Notes under the pieces: model-generated
Seen by the model: the letters and a program-made list of their open reading frames with translations, nothing else
Database searches by the model: none
What the model was told of the DNA's origin: nothing
NCBI GenBank assembly: GCA_965205505.1
Contig: CBDBHB010000009.1
Span: 2,048,001-2,112,000, forward strand
Direction of reading: 5' to 3'
Length of the DNA stretch: 64,000 bases
Source: Acidobacteriota bacterium
GTDB taxonomy: Bacteria; Acidobacteriota; UBA890; WLXD01
Shown here: piece after piece, positions 37,753 through 49,195 of the stretch
How positions within the stretch are numbered: position 1 is the first letter of the stretch
Layout of the letters: every line of letters begins with the position of its first letter
Program-made: the position numbers and the translations under genes

Positions 37753-40718
37753 CTTGCGATCTCCGCCCCGACGGTTCCGCCATCCAATAGCGGCACGTGG
37801 ACCCTCTCGCCCATGCGGGCTCGCCCGCCCACGATGAGCGCCAGGGCGATCGAGCGGCCGAGACAGGCGCTGAAATAACTCGACGAAACGTGGCCGATCA
37901 TCGGGGTCGGAATCGAAGCCGATGCAGTCTCGACGATCTGTCCACCCTCCGGCAACACCTCGGCGGGCTCGTCGGTCAGAAGGCCGACCAGCTGTTTGCG
38001 GTCCTCGCGAACGGAATCCGGGCGCGAGAGCGAGCGTCTGCCCAGGAAGTCCTTGTGCGTCGAGACGAACCGCTCCATGCCGAGGTCTATGGGGTTGACG
38101 GAACCATCCGTGTCGTGCCCCACGACGATGTAGCCCTTTTCGGCGCGCAGGATGTGCAGGGCCTCGGTGCCGTACGGCGTTATGTCATGCTGTCGTCCGG
38201 CTTCCAGGAGCGTGTCCCAGACGGTCCGTGCGTAGTTGGCCGAGACGTTGACCTCGTACGTGAGCTCACCGCTGAAGCTGATGCGACAGACCCGCGCCGG
38301 CACGCCCGCCACCGTGCCGTCCCGAACCGCCATGAAGGGAAAGGCCGCGCGCGAAAAATCGATATCATCGCACAGCTTGGCGATCACGCTGCGGCTATGC
38401 GGTCCCACGACCGCGATGTTGGCCCAGTGGTCCGTCACCGAGGTCAGATAGACCTTCAGCTCCGGCCATTCCGTCTGCAGCCAACGCTCCAGCCAGGCCA
38501 CTACCGACGACGCCCCGCCGGTCGTCGTGTGCATCAGGTAATGGTCCTCGGCGAGCCGAGCCGTGACGCCATCGTCCATGACCATGCCGTCCTCGCCCAG
38601 CATGAGACCGTAGCGGCAGCGACCGACCGCCAGGTTGCTCCAATCGTTGGTGTACACCCGATTGAAGAGCTCGGCGGCGTCCGCACCCCGAACGTCGATC
38701 TTGCCAAGGGTGGACTGATCGACGAGGCACACGCCGTTGCGCGCCGCGAGGCACTCCCGATTCACCGCATCGTGCATCGACTCGCCGGGGCACGGGTAGT
38801 ACCAGGGTCGCTTCCACTGCCCGACGTCCTCAAACTCGGCGCCGGCCTCGACGTGCCACTGATAGAGCGCCGTTTTGCGTACCGGATCGAACAGGGGCCC
38901 CTGATCACGGCCCGCCAGTGCACCGAAGCTGATCGGGGTGTACGCCGGCCGGAACTTGGTGGTGCCAACGGAAGGGATGTCCACCCCCAGGGCTTGGGCC
39001 AGGATCCCCATGGCGTTGATGCTGGAGAGCTTGCCCTGATCCGTGCCCATCGCAAGCGTCGTGTATCGCTTGACGAGCTCGACCGAATCGAACCCCTCCC
39101 GCACGGCCAACACGATGTCCGCTGCGGAGACGTCCTCCTGCAAGTCGACGAACTGCTTGTGCTCGCGGGCGATCGGAAGGCGCGATGGCACCAGCCACAT
39201 GGGTATCGGTTGCTCTTCCACTTCGTCGGCGGTGGCGGGGACCTTCGCCTCGGGGCCGCGGGCAAAACCAGCGGCCTCGGCCGCCGCGGCGCCCGCGGCA
39301 AAACCCTCCCTCAGGCACCCACGCAGTGTGAAGGTGCCATTACAGGCGCCGGCCGAGCGTTCGGCCTGGACCGACTCGCCCGGCACGAAACAGGCCTTCT
39401 CCTCATGCCAGCGCGCCCTGCCGCCCGATTGGGAGTGCAGGTGAACCGTTGGAGTCCAGCCACCGGAAACCGCAACCAGATCGCAGCGTATCTTTCGGGC
39501 GTCTCCTTCCACCTCGTCCGCCGTCGCATTCAGGCGCATGATGTCGACGCCCCTGACGCGTTTCTTGCCTTGCACATCGACGATGGCGTGACCACCGATC
39601 ACCTCGATGCCCCGCCGCCTCGTCCGGGCCGGTAGATCACCATCCGGTTGCAGCCGAACGTCGATGACCGCGGCCACCGGAATGTCGGCGCGGGCGAGAT
39701 CCAACGCCGTCCGATAGGCGCCGTCGTTGTTGGTGAAGACGACGGCCCGCGAGCCCGGCGCGACGGCATACCGGTTCACGTAGGTCGATGCCGCCGACGC
39801 CAGCATGTTTCCTGGCCGGTCGTTGTTGGGGAAGACGAGAGGGCGCTCGATCGCACCCGCGGCGAGGACGACCTGCTTGGCGCGCACCCGCCAGAGCCTT
39901 TCACGCGGCCGAGTCGGGTCGCCATCCACGAGGCCGTCGCTCGACCGCTCGAGGATCGCCACGAAGCCCTCGTCGTAGAACCCGAAGGCCGTGCTGCGCG
40001 GCAGTAGGCGAACCTCCGCCATCCCGCGCAACCTTCCCATCACCGCCGTCGCCCATTCCATAGCAGGGACGCCATCGATGAGCTGGCGACCGCTCAGCAG
40101 GCCGCCACCGAGCTCCGACTGCTCGTCGGCGAGGATGACCCGCGCGCCCGTACTACCGGCTGCCAGCGCTGCGGCGAGGCCGGCGGGGCCGGCGCCCACC
40201 ACCAGCACCTCACAATGAGCGTTGACCTTGTCGTAGCGATCGGGGTCCGGCTCCTGCGGCGAAAGCCCCAGGCCGGCCGTTCGTCGAATCAGGTGCTCGT
40301 ACGTCCTCCACATGCGTTTCGGTCGCATGAAGGTCTTGTAGTAGAAGCCGGCCGGCAAGAGGCGGGAGAAGAGGCCGATCACGGCATGGACGTCGTACTC
40401 GACGCTCGGCCAGCAGTTCACGCTGGCGGCACGGAGGCCTTCATGGAGTTCGACCTGTGTGGCGAGGTGGTTCGGAAGCGTGCTCGCGCCGCTGCCCAGC
40501 TGAACGACCGCGTTCGGCTCCTCGGCACCGCTTCCGACGATGCCGCGGGGACGATGGTATTTGAAGCTGCGACCGACGATGCTGACCCCGTTCGCCAGCA
40601 ACGCCGAGGCCAACGTGTCGCCTTCATACCCCCCATAGGCTCGACCGTTGAAGGTGAACGAGATGGGCCTCTCGCGATCGATGCGACCGTCCTGGGCCAG
40701 CCGACGCGGCTGGGTCAC
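37710..40718 (-). CDS. soxA: Sarcosine oxidase subunit alpha
   Basis: GDTLASALLANG, RSFKYHRPRG, VKRYTTLAMGTDQGK, GcvT-like C-terminal domain. Confidence 0.95.
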   Translation of the reverse strand: MTQPRRLAQDGRIDRERPISFTFNGRAYGGYEGDTLASALLANGVSIVGRSFKYHRPRGIVGSGAEEPNAVVQLGSGASTLPNHLATQVELHEGLRAASVNCWPSVEYDVHAVIGLFSRLLPAGFYYKTFMRPKRMWRTYEHLIRRTAGLGLSPQEPDPDRYDKVNAHCEVLVVGAGPAGLAAALAAGSTGARVILADEQSELGGGLLSGRQLIDGVPAMEWATAVMGRLRGMAEVRLLPRSTAFGFYDEGFVAILERSSDGLVDGDPTRPRERLWRVRAKQVVLAAGAIERPLVFPNNDRPGNMLASAASTYVNRYAVAPGSRAVVFTNNDGAYRTALDLARADIPVAAVIDVRLQPDGDLPARTRRRGIEVIGGHAIVDVQGKKRVRGVDIMRLNATADEVEGDARKIRCDLVAVSGGWTPTVHLHSQSGGRARWHEEKACFVPGESVQAERSAGACNGTFTLRGCLREGFAAGAAAAEAAGFARGPEAKVPATADEVEEQPIPMWLVPSRLPIAREHKQFVDLQEDVSAADIVLAVREGFDSVELVKRYTTLAMGTDQGKLSSINAMGILAQALGVDIPSVGTTKFRPAYTPISFGALAGRDQGPLFDPVRKTALYQWHVEAGAEFEDVGQWKRPWYYPCPGESMHDAVNRECLAARNGVCLVDQSTLGKIDVRGADAAELFNRVYTNDWSNLAVGRCRYGLMLGEDGMVMDDGVTARLAEDHYLMHTTTGGASSVVAWLERWLQTEWPELKVYLTSVTDHWANIAVVGPHSRSVIAKLCDDIDFSRAAFPFMAVRDGTVAGVPARVCRISFSGELTYEVNVSANYARTVWDTLLEAGRQHDITPYGTEALHILRAEKGYIVVGHDTDGSVNPIDLGMERFVSTHKDFLGRRSLSRPDSVREDRKQLVGLLTDEPAEVLPEGGQIVETASASIPTPMIGHVSSSYFSACLGRSIALALIVGGRARMGERVHVPLLDGGTVGAEIASPVFYDPQGARQNV

Positions 40719-40996
40719 CGATCGCCTCCAGGCGGGCTCTCACCGATCCTGTACACCGATAGGATCTCGTACGTCAGCGTGTCACGCTCGACGTTGAACC
40801 AGCGCCTGCATCCCGCCGCATGCAGCCATTGTTCCCGGTGTCGACCCAGTGAGTTGGTGCGCATGAAGAGGTAGTCCGCCCACTCCTCGCCGGAAAGCGC
40901 GTCCGGATCCTGGGGGCGCTCGATGTGCGCCTCACCTCCATAGGTGAACTCCGTCTCCTCCCGCGGCCCACACCATGGGCAATCGATGAGCAACAC
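40715..40996 (-). CDS. soxD: Sarcosine oxidase subunit delta
   Basis: IDCPWCGPR.E.EF.YGGEAH, EQWLHAAGCRRWF. Confidence 0.95.
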   Translation of the reverse strand: MLLIDCPWCGPREETEFTYGGEAHIERPQDPDALSGEEWADYLFMRTNSLGRHREQWLHAAGCRRWFNVERDTLTYEILSVYRIGESPPGGDR

Positions 40997-41075
40997 ATCA
41001 GTGCTCCCGCTCGTAGCTACTAGGTCGCCTCACAAGACCCATGCGCGCCACCCCTCCTATTCCTCGTACAGGCCT

Positions 41076-42326
41076 CTAGTGGGCCACCGCGGCGGCACCA
41101 TGCTCATCGATCAGGTAGCCCGTCGCGAAGCGTTCCAGCGAGAACGGCTCGTTGAGGGGATGCGGTCGGTCGTGGGCGATCGTGTGGGCGAAGACCCAGC
41201 CGGACCCCGGCGTTGCCTTGAAGCCGCCGGTGCCCCAGCCGCAGTTGATGTACAGGCCCCGCACGGGCGTCGCGCCGATGATGGGGCTGGCGTCCGGGCA
41301 GATGTCGACGACGCCACCCCAATGGCGCAACATTCGCATGCGGCTAAAGATGGGGAACAGCTCGACGATCGCCGACATCGTGCTCTCGATGACGGAGAAG
41401 CTGCCGCGCAGGCCATAGCCCGTGTAAGGATCGATTCCCGCGCCGATCACCAGCTCACCCTTGTCCGTCTGCGACACGTAGGCGTGGACAGCGTTGGACA
41501 TCACCACCGTATCAAGCACCGGCTTGACGGGCTCGGAGACCAGCGCCTGCAGCGGGTGCCTTTCGATGGGCAGGCGAAACCCCGCCATCTCCGCGAGAAC
41601 GCTGGAGTGACCCGCCACGACCATCCCCACCTTCTGCGCCTTAATGAAACCGCGGACGGTATCGACGCCGAGCACCCGGCCGCCCTCGCGCCGGATCCCG
41701 GTTACCGCACAACGCTGAATGATGTCGACGCCGCGGCGATCGGCGGCGCGCGCGAAGCCCCAGGCGACCGCATCGTGGCGGGCGGTGCCCCCCCGCCGCT
41801 GCAGGGAAGCGCCGAGGATCGGATAGCGAGCCTCGGACGAGGTGTTGATGCACGGCACCATCTTCTTGATCTGCTCGACATCGAGCAGCTCGGCGTCGAT
41901 GCCATGGAGCCGATTGGCATGCACGCGACGCGAGAGCTCGCGCAGATGCCCCAGGCTATGCGCCAGGTTGAGGACCCCCCTCTGACTGAACATCACGTTG
42001 TAGTTCAACTCCTGGCTGAGGCCCTCCCATAGCTTCAACGACATCTCGTACAGATGGGCCGTCTCGTCCCACAGGTAGTTCGAACGGACGATGGTCGTGT
42101 TTCGACCGACGCTGCCGCCGCCCAGCCATCCCTTCTCGAGCACGGCGACGTTGGTGATCCGGTGTTCCTTGGCGAGATAGTAGGCGGTGGCCAGGCCGTG
42201 GCCCCCCGCCCCCACGATGACGACGTCGTATTCTGCCTTCGGCTCTGGGCTGCGCCAGACGCGTGGCCAATTCTCGTGGTGGCTAATGGCATTCCACGCC
42301 AAGCTGAAGAAGGAGTATTTCGTCAT
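41076..42326 (-). CDS. soxB: Sarcosine oxidase subunit beta
   Basis: [51 protein letters not shown]. Confidence 0.95.
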   Translation of the reverse strand: MTKYSFFSLAWNAISHHENWPRVWRSPEPKAEYDVVIVGAGGHGLATAYYLAKEHRITNVAVLEKGWLGGGSVGRNTTIVRSNYLWDETAHLYEMSLKLWEGLSQELNYNVMFSQRGVLNLAHSLGHLRELSRRVHANRLHGIDAELLDVEQIKKMVPCINTSSEARYPILGASLQRRGGTARHDAVAWGFARAADRRGVDIIQRCAVTGIRREGGRVLGVDTVRGFIKAQKVGMVVAGHSSVLAEMAGFRLPIERHPLQALVSEPVKPVLDTVVMSNAVHAYVSQTDKGELVIGAGIDPYTGYGLRGSFSVIESTMSAIVELFPIFSRMRMLRHWGGVVDICPDASPIIGATPVRGLYINCGWGTGGFKATPGSGWVFAHTIAHDRPHPLNEPFSLERFATGYLIDEHGAAAVAH

Positions 42327-42604
42327 GAGGGCCGCTTCCCAGTTGTGCAAACTACAACTTACCCAGGATTGTTGATATGCACTTCAAGTCGCATGCGTTT
42401 GAAATGTGGGGGTTTGAGGTGATTAGTAGCCCCAATTGAGCACTGTTTTGAACTCGACAGCGATTGGTGGCTGAGGGTGTCGAAGGCGGGGTGTTCCTGT
42501 ACCCGTTTTTCGTGTTAGGAACACCGATGACCTAGTCTTGTGATGTTGTCGTCTCGTTTGCCCGTCCAGCCAAGTTCGAGGGAGGCCACACTGTGAGGAG
42601 CCTG

Positions 42605-43102
42605 ATGCCAAAACGCCTGACCGTGTTGCAGGTAGCGCTGATCCTGATCGGCTCGGCCGCAAGCGCTCACGCCCAAACCGAGTCGCGGGATCCGTTGATC
42701 GGCACCTGGACACTCAACGCCGAGAAGTCGGTCTTTGGCGGCAACGCGCCTCCGCCGACCAGCCTGACGAGGACGTTCGACTACACCAAAGACGGGCTGA
42801 TGCTCGTGACGCTCGAGACCGTGAACGCCCGTGGCCGCTCATTTCTGCACTGGTACTTGGGCTTCGACGGCAAGGAGTACCCGGAGTATTCAAGGGAATC
42901 CGGGGCGAAGCCGACATACTGGCTCTCGGCCAAGGTGATCGATCCCTACACGAAGGAGGTGATAGATCGCGTTGCGGACCAAGACGAGCCATTCCTGATG
43001 ATCACCTTTGCCGTCTCGAAAGACGGTGAGACCATGACGATGACGTACAAGGACATGGATGGTACGCCCGGCAACGTTGTCGTGTACGACAAGGTGTTCT
43101 AG
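42605..43102 (+). CDS. Hypothetical secreted protein
   Basis: GAGGAG RBS; signal peptide; IGTWTLNAEKS and terminal VVVYDK. Confidence 0.75.
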   Translation: MPKRLTVLQVALILIGSAASAHAQTESRDPLIGTWTLNAEKSVFGGNAPPPTSLTRTFDYTKDGLMLVTLETVNARGRSFLHWYLGFDGKEYPEYSRESGAKPTYWLSAKVIDPYTKEVIDRVADQDEPFLMITFAVSKDGETMTMTYKDMDGTPGNVVVYDKVF

Positions 43103-43429
43103 TGAGTGCCGCTTAACTTGAGGCGAGCCGAGTGTCGAGTCCCTTCTGAGGGGAGTGGACTCCGGCTCCGTTGATCTCCGCATCCGGCAGACGCGCGATC
43201 GCTTGATCCTAGAAGCCAAACTACCGGACGACGATGACTGGCGAGTCGAGCGCATCCATCGCCTGCTCCTCTAGGTCGATGGTGTTGTAGATGTCGTTGA
43301 TGATCGGCTGCTCCGCCGCACCATTCACATTGCCCTCGATCAGGACGTTGTCGAAGCAGTACGCAGTATCCTGTCCCAAACTCGCGGCCCCGAGTTGAAA
43401 CGTGTTCATAAGTGATCCGGGGGAACGTT

Positions 43430-43921
43430 GGTCGCGGTACAGCCATCTGCTCGCGCTGATTGTCTTGTCGTCGTCGACCGATATGGGCGCGATTCGAGAG
43501 TTGACTCTCGAGCGCGACCACATCTCGCCAGTCGGCGCGTAGATGTAGCGGCCCATCGGTAGGTAGGCGAAGAAATCGTTCACCGTCGGTGCTGGCATCG
43601 GAAACTCCTCTTTTCGTCATTCTCGAGCCACGTTGGATCGAAGACCGGCAACTTGTCGACGGGAGGCCACGTTCCCGCGCGTTTGTAGACGGCGCCCGTT
43701 TCGTGCACGGACCCAGGTGCTACGACGTATCCACCATCGCCTCGGACGTCGATCGCCAGCTGGAGCTCGCCGATCTTCACGCGGGCGTTGTTGCGGATCG
43801 GGCGACCGGGATACCGGAAGAATCGGTGCTCGCCGCGAGGCGTCTTCGTCGCCATTGCCGTAGGTGGCAGATTCGCGTCGGCCCAGGCGATCGCGTCCGG
43901 TGAGTCGAGGTCGATGGCCTC
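43430..43921 (-). pseudogene. Prim-Pol primase fragment followed by a primase-helicase (DUF5906-like) fragment
   Basis: KTPRGEHRFFRYP, IDVRGDGGYVVAPGSVH; then FFAYLPMGRYIYAPTGEMW. Confidence 0.75.
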
Positions 43922-43924
43922 CGG

Positions 43925-44160
43925 CACCGGCTGCTACGAGAGTAACGACGCCTACCGGGATATCGATTCCTGCTTCATGGTGATGGAACGCAGCGTCGGG
44001 TTTCAGCCGAAACTCTCACCCGTGCCGTTTCGATCGCACATCGCGACCGCACCGCACGGCTTCGAGCAGGGGACGAGGTACAACTACACATCTGCCAATA
44101 CCAACGTGCTGATGTACCTGGCGGAGGTTGTCACCAGCAAGACCTACCCTGAGCTGAACT
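43925..44160 (+). pseudogene. Serine hydrolase (beta-lactamase fold) internal fragment
   Basis: GTRYNYTSANTNVLMYLAEVVTSK. Confidence 0.6.
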
Positions 44161-44332
44161 GCGGCGTTGGCGTCATATCGCCGCAGACGCCTCACTGACC
44201 CCGGTCCGCAAACCTCTTTGATACCGGTCGGTTCCAGGGGGTCGTGCGTATCAGCAGCGCTAGCCGGACGAATCGCCTCCGTTTACTGCTCATCGGCTCA
44301 ACGCCCGGGGGTTGGCACGCCGGGTCAAATGT

Positions 44333-44470
44333 GCGCGCGAATCTGATTTGCTGCGGGAGGCCCTGGGCACGAAGGTCATCGACAAGTTGGTCGAAACCAA
44401 GATCGACGAGTACGATGGCTACCGGCTCCATGTCTCCAATCGCGAGCTCGAAGAGAGGCCGAAACTCTAG
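44333..44470 (+). pseudogene. glnA: Glutamine synthetase C-terminal fragment
   Basis: ESDLLREALGTKVIDKLVETKIDEYDGYRLHVSNRELE resembles the GS-I C-terminus; directly upstream of gltB. Confidence 0.7.
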
Positions 44471-44508
44471 TGTCTTGTAGCCGGGAGGGCCCTCACGATC
44501 GACGCGGC

Positions 44509-47500
44509 ATGCCTCTTGGGGCCACAGCACCGCTCTACGACCCGCAATTCGAGCATGATGGGTGTGGCGTCGGCTTTGTAGCCAACATCGCCGCCAACAG
44601 GACACACGAGATCGTCGAACACTCGATCGAGGCTGTCCGTCGCGTTGCTCACCGTGGTGCATTCGATGCGGACGCCAAGACCGGTGACGGCTCCGGGCTG
44701 ATGCTCCAGGTTCCGAGCACGCTCTTTCGCCAGGAGTACGAGCATCTAACGCGTTTGCGGCCTACGACCGGCCCCATCGGTGTCGGGATGCTGTTCCTGC
44801 CGCCTCGTAGCGAGGCGGCACACCCGGTCTTCAAGAATCTGGTGGAAGAAGTCTTCTTGAAGCGCGGCATGACCCGCTTCGTATGGCGCCACGTACCGAC
44901 GGACGACAGTGTCCTGGGTGACAAGGGGCTCGCCACCAAGCCAGCGATCCAACAGCTCCTGGTGGTCTTCCCGGAGAAAACACTGCCGCTCGAGGCAGAT
45001 CGAGAGCTCTACGCAGCACGCAGGGAGATCGAGTCCCGAGCCGCTCGAACAGTGGACATCGGGCTGTATGTCGTTTCCTTCTCCTGCCGGACGATCGTCT
45101 ACAAGGGTCTCCTTACGGGGACGTCGCTGGCCGACTTCTTTCCAGATTTGCGCAACCCGGAGTTCAAATCAGCCTTTGGGATGTTCCACCAGCGCTATAG
45201 CACCAACACCTTTCCGAACTGGCATCTGGCGCAGCCCTTTCGAATGTTGGCGCACAACGGCGAGCTCAACACCATCCAGGGCAACAAGAACTGGACCCGT
45301 GCCCGTGAAGGGCGCATGGCCTCCGACGTATGGGGTGACGATATCGATTACATCCGGCCGGTGATCCCGGATGGGGCGAGTGATTCGGCAAACCTCGACA
45401 ACGTTCTGGAGCTGTTGACGCTGTCGGGGCGGTCGGCGCCGCATGCAATGGTGATGCTTATCCGGGAAGCGTGGAAGGCTCATTCGGTGTTCAACGAGGA
45501 CGTGCGTGCGTTCTTCGAGTACCACGCCTGTCTCAACGAGCCGTGGGACGGACCGGCGGCGGTGGTCTTCAGCGATGGCGATGTTGTGGGAGCTATTCTC
45601 GACCGGAACGGCCTGCGTCCGGCACGTTACAAGATCACCCGCGACGGCCTCATCGTCTTGGGATCCGAGGTGGGCCTGTTGAACCTGGACGATTCCGAGG
45701 TCGTCGAAAAGGGTCGACTGGGATCGGGCAACATGATCGCCGTCGATCTGCTGAACGGACGGCTCATCAAGGGCAAGCAGATCAAGCGCGAGCTGGCGGC
45801 CCGCCGTCCTTACCGGAGCTGGGTGGCGGAGAACCTGACACGACTGCCGGAGCAGCCGGTAGAGGTGCACACGACGGGGCGGGATCGAGAGGCAGCCGAC
45901 ACCGTCCAGCAGCAGATCTGCTTTGGCTACAGTGCCGAGGAATTCAGGCTGGTTCTCGAACCCATGGTGCTCGAGGGTAAGGAGCCCGTCGGTTCGATGG
46001 GCGATGACACACCGTTGGCGGTGCTGTCAGGCAAGCCCAAGTTGCTGAGCTCCTACTTCGCGCAGCGATTCGCTCAAGTAACCAATCCGCCTATTGACTC
46101 CATTCGCGAGCGGGCGGTGATGAATCTCTCGAGCAACCTCGGACGGCGGCGGAACTGGCTCGCCGAGACACCCGAGCACGCTCGCCAGGTGCGGCTACCC
46201 AGCCCGATCATCTCGGATGCCGACTTCGACCTCATGCGAAGTCGCTTCACACCGGAGAAGGTCAGGGTGATCTCGCTGCTCTGTGACGTGACCGGAGGTG
46301 TGTCAGCGATGCGCGAGCACCTCGATACGGTCTCGTTCGCCGCCCAGGAGGCCGCCAAAGACGGTTGCGAGTTGCTGATCTTGAGCGATCGTGGCGTCAA
46401 CTCCGACAACGTTCCACTGCCGATCCTGCTTGCCGTTGGAGCCGTCAACAACCACCTTCTGCGAGTCGGTGAGCGACTCCAGTGCGACATCGTCGCCGAA
46501 TCGGGCGAGCCTCGAGACGTTCATCAGTTCGCGACCCTCATCGGGTATGGGGCGGGAGCCATTCATCCGTACCTTGCCTACCGCTCGATCCTCGAGCACT
46601 TTGCCAGCGACGAGACACCTGGACGCCGACCGGCGGAGTTGCTGTCCCGGTATCGTGAAGCGCTCAACAACGGATTGCTCAAGATCCTCTCGAAGATGGG
46701 CATCTCGATCCTCTCGAGCTACCGCGGCGCCCAGATTTTCGAGGCCGTGGGTATTAACCGCGGTGTGATCGCCCGTTGTTTTTCCGGCACACCATCCCGT
46801 ATCAGCGGCGTCGGCCTCAAAGAGATTCTCACCGACGCCTTTGTTCGGCATCGGCATGCCTTTGGCGACAGCGCGCTCAGCGCTCCGCCCGACGCCGGCT
46901 TCTACCGGTTCAAGAGGAAGGGTGAGGCGCACGCCTGGATGCCTCCGATGCACCGGGCGATGATCGGCCTTCGCCGGGAGCCCGACTCGGCATCGCACTA
47001 TCGGAAGTTTGCGCTGGCCGCCAACAACCATGCGCCGATCGCTATTCGAGACCTGCTGCGTTTCAGGCGTACTCAGGAGTTGCTGCCGATCGATGAGGTC
47101 GAGCCCGTCGAGTCGCTCCGGAGGCGCTTTACCACTGCTGGCATGTCGCTCGGCGCCCTTTCTCCCGAAGCCCACGAGGCCCTGGCGGTCGCCATGAACC
47201 GTATTGGCGGGAGAAGCAATACTGGAGAGGGCGGTGAAGACTCGGAGCGCTTCCATCCGCTGCCCAACGGCGATAGCAAGAACAGCGCCATCAAACAGAT
47301 CGCTTCGGGGCGCTTCGGTGTTACCGCCGAATACCTGGTGCACGCCACCGAGATCGAGATCAAGATGGCACAGGGATCCAAGCCAGGAGAGGGTGGTCAG
47401 CTCCCCGGCCACAAGGTCAATGGCCTAATCGCGCGGCTGCGCCATTCGGCACCAGGGGTGACGTTGATCTCACCGCCCCCACATCACGACATCTACAGCA

Positions 47501-49011
47501 TCGAGGACTTGTCCCAGCTCATCCACGACCTCAAACAGGTCAACCCCGAAGCGAAAATATGCGTGAAGCTGGTGGCCCAGACGGGAGTAGGAACCGTCGC
47601 CGCCGGTGTCGCCAAGGCGTTGGCAGATGTCATCCTCATCAGCGGTCACGATGGCGGCACAGGAGCATCGCCGCTCGCCTCGATCAAGCACGCTGGCGGG
47701 CCCTGGGAGCTCGGCTTGGCCGAGGCCCAGCAGGTGTTGATGCTCAACAACCTTCGCGAGCGAGTGACGCTGCGAACGGATGGTGGCCTCAAGACCGGTC
47801 GCGACATCGTTGTCGCGGCGATGCTCGGCGCCGAGGAATTCAATTTCGGAACCGCAGCCCTTGTTGCTCTCGGTTGCGTCTACGTCCGCCAGTGCCATCT
47901 CAACACCTGCCCGGTAGGCATCGCGACCCAGGATCCCGCGTTGCGCAAGAAATTCCACGGCCGGCCGGAGGCGCTCGTCGGTTATCTGACGCAGATCGCC
48001 CAGGACGTCCGCGAGATCCTAGCGCAGATCGGCGTTCGCTCCCTCGACGAGATCGTGGGTCGCGCTGACCTTCTCGAGCAGATAGGCGTCGACGGATACC
48101 CGGCAACGGCTCTGGTGGATCTATGGCGGTTGACGCCGCCGGCGCCAGACGGCGTGGCTCGGCGGCGGCTGTGGAAGCGCAACCACCGGCTGGAGGCACC
48201 GCTAAACGAACGCCTGGTGCGTCACGCTCGCGGCGCCATCGAGGGCGGCACACCGGTGAAGCTGCGATACAAGATCGACAATGCCGACCGTACGGTAGGG
48301 GCGACGTTGGCAGGAGAGATTGCCCACCGATACGGTGAGCAAGGGCTGCCTCCAGGGACCATCGAGATCTTGTGCGATGGTAGCGCTGGCCAAAGCTTCG
48401 CGGCTTGGTGTGTCAATGGCATGCGTCTGATTCTCCGCGGCGAAGCCAACGACTATGTCTGCAAGGGCATGAGCGGTGGAGAGGTCGTACTCAGACCGCC
48501 TCCGGGGGTCGAGCGGCGGTCCGAGGAGGACGTCATCATGGGAAACAGCGTCATGTACGGCGCCACCGGCGGGTATCTGTTCGCCCGCGGAACAGCCGGC
48601 GAACGCTTTGCCGTTCGCAACAGCGGCGGGCACGCGGTTGTCGAAGGTGTGGGCGACCACGGGTGCGAGTACATGACCAACGGTGTCGTCGTGGTCCTCG
48701 GTCGTACAGGCCGCAATTTTGCTGCCGGGATGACCGGTGGGATGGCTTATGTTCTCGACGAGCATGAGAAATTCGTCGGTCGTTGCAACCCTTCCACCGT
48801 TATCCTCGGCCCCGTCGCCAAATCCACAGATCTCGAGCTCTTGCGGGGGCTGATCGAACGCCACACCGAGTTAACCGCCAGCTCGATCGGTGAGCGCATA
48901 CTCGATTCTTGGGAGGTCTCGAGCTGCCAGTTCTGGCAGGTCGCGCCGGCCAGCGGCGATACCGGAGCTCAAGAGCGGGAACCTGTGCAATCCGAGGCTT
49001 CCGTCGCCTAG
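44509..49011 (+). CDS. gltB: Glutamate synthase large subunit
   Basis: EHDGCGVGF, HQRYSTNT, SNTGEGGE, KMAQGSKPGEGGQLPG, CHLNTCPVG, GXGXG domain; ~1500 aa. Confidence 0.97.
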   Translation: MPLGATAPLYDPQFEHDGCGVGFVANIAANRTHEIVEHSIEAVRRVAHRGAFDADAKTGDGSGLMLQVPSTLFRQEYEHLTRLRPTTGPIGVGMLFLPPRSEAAHPVFKNLVEEVFLKRGMTRFVWRHVPTDDSVLGDKGLATKPAIQQLLVVFPEKTLPLEADRELYAARREIESRAARTVDIGLYVVSFSCRTIVYKGLLTGTSLADFFPDLRNPEFKSAFGMFHQRYSTNTFPNWHLAQPFRMLAHNGELNTIQGNKNWTRAREGRMASDVWGDDIDYIRPVIPDGASDSANLDNVLELLTLSGRSAPHAMVMLIREAWKAHSVFNEDVRAFFEYHACLNEPWDGPAAVVFSDGDVVGAILDRNGLRPARYKITRDGLIVLGSEVGLLNLDDSEVVEKGRLGSGNMIAVDLLNGRLIKGKQIKRELAARRPYRSWVAENLTRLPEQPVEVHTTGRDREAADTVQQQICFGYSAEEFRLVLEPMVLEGKEPVGSMGDDTPLAVLSGKPKLLSSYFAQRFAQVTNPPIDSIRERAVMNLSSNLGRRRNWLAETPEHARQVRLPSPIISDADFDLMRSRFTPEKVRVISLLCDVTGGVSAMREHLDTVSFAAQEAAKDGCELLILSDRGVNSDNVPLPILLAVGAVNNHLLRVGERLQCDIVAESGEPRDVHQFATLIGYGAGAIHPYLAYRSILEHFASDETPGRRPAELLSRYREALNNGLLKILSKMGISILSSYRGAQIFEAVGINRGVIARCFSGTPSRISGVGLKEILTDAFVRHRHAFGDSALSAPPDAGFYRFKRKGEAHAWMPPMHRAMIGLRREPDSASHYRKFALAANNHAPIAIRDLLRFRRTQELLPIDEVEPVESLRRRFTTAGMSLGALSPEAHEALAVAMNRIGGRSNTGEGGEDSERFHPLPNGDSKNSAIKQIASGRFGVTAEYLVHATEIEIKMAQGSKPGEGGQLPGHKVNGLIARLRHSAPGVTLISPPPHHDIYSIEDLSQLIHDLKQVNPEAKICVKLVAQTGVGTVAAGVAKALADVILISGHDGGTGASPLASIKHAGGPWELGLAEAQQVLMLNNLRERVTLRTDGGLKTGRDIVVAAMLGAEEFNFGTAALVALGCVYVRQCHLNTCPVGIATQDPALRKKFHGRPEALVGYLTQIAQDVREILAQIGVRSLDEIVGRADLLEQIGVDGYPATALVDLWRLTPPAPDGVARRRLWKRNHRLEAPLNERLVRHARGAIEGGTPVKLRYKIDNADRTVGATLAGEIAHRYGEQGLPPGTIEILCDGSAGQSFAAWCVNGMRLILRGEANDYVCKGMSGGEVVLRPPPGVERRSEEDVIMGNSVMYGATGGYLFARGTAGERFAVRNSGGHAVVEGVGDHGCEYMTNGVVVVLGRTGRNFAAGMTGGMAYVLDEHEKFVGRCNPSTVILGPVAKSTDLELLRGLIERHTELTASSIGERILDSWEVSSCQFWQVAPASGDTGAQEREPVQSEASVA

Positions 49012-49046
49012 CGCGGCGTCGGGTAACACTGGGTCACGCCCTTGAG

Positions 49047-49168
49047 GGCATCGGCAAGTTGACGACGTGTCTGGCAGATCCCGGCGATGAGTGACGGTCG
49101 GCAGCGCCACCCTCGACACCGGTTCCCTCCCGAGATCATCAGCCACGCCGTGCGGCTGTATCACCACT
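49047..49168 (+). mobile_element. IS6-family 5' remnant
   Basis: GGCATCGGCAAGTTGAC IR, then MSDGRQRHPRHRFPPEIISHAVRLYH. Confidence 0.75.
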
Positions 49169-49195
49169 GTCCCGTGGCACCTTCCCGGTACCCAC

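Noticed and set aside
37797-39635. Long antisense ORFs (also 23354-24667, 25855-27108, 30882-32165, 14648-15712)
   Set aside because: Shadow frames of high-GC genes with clear motifs on the other strand
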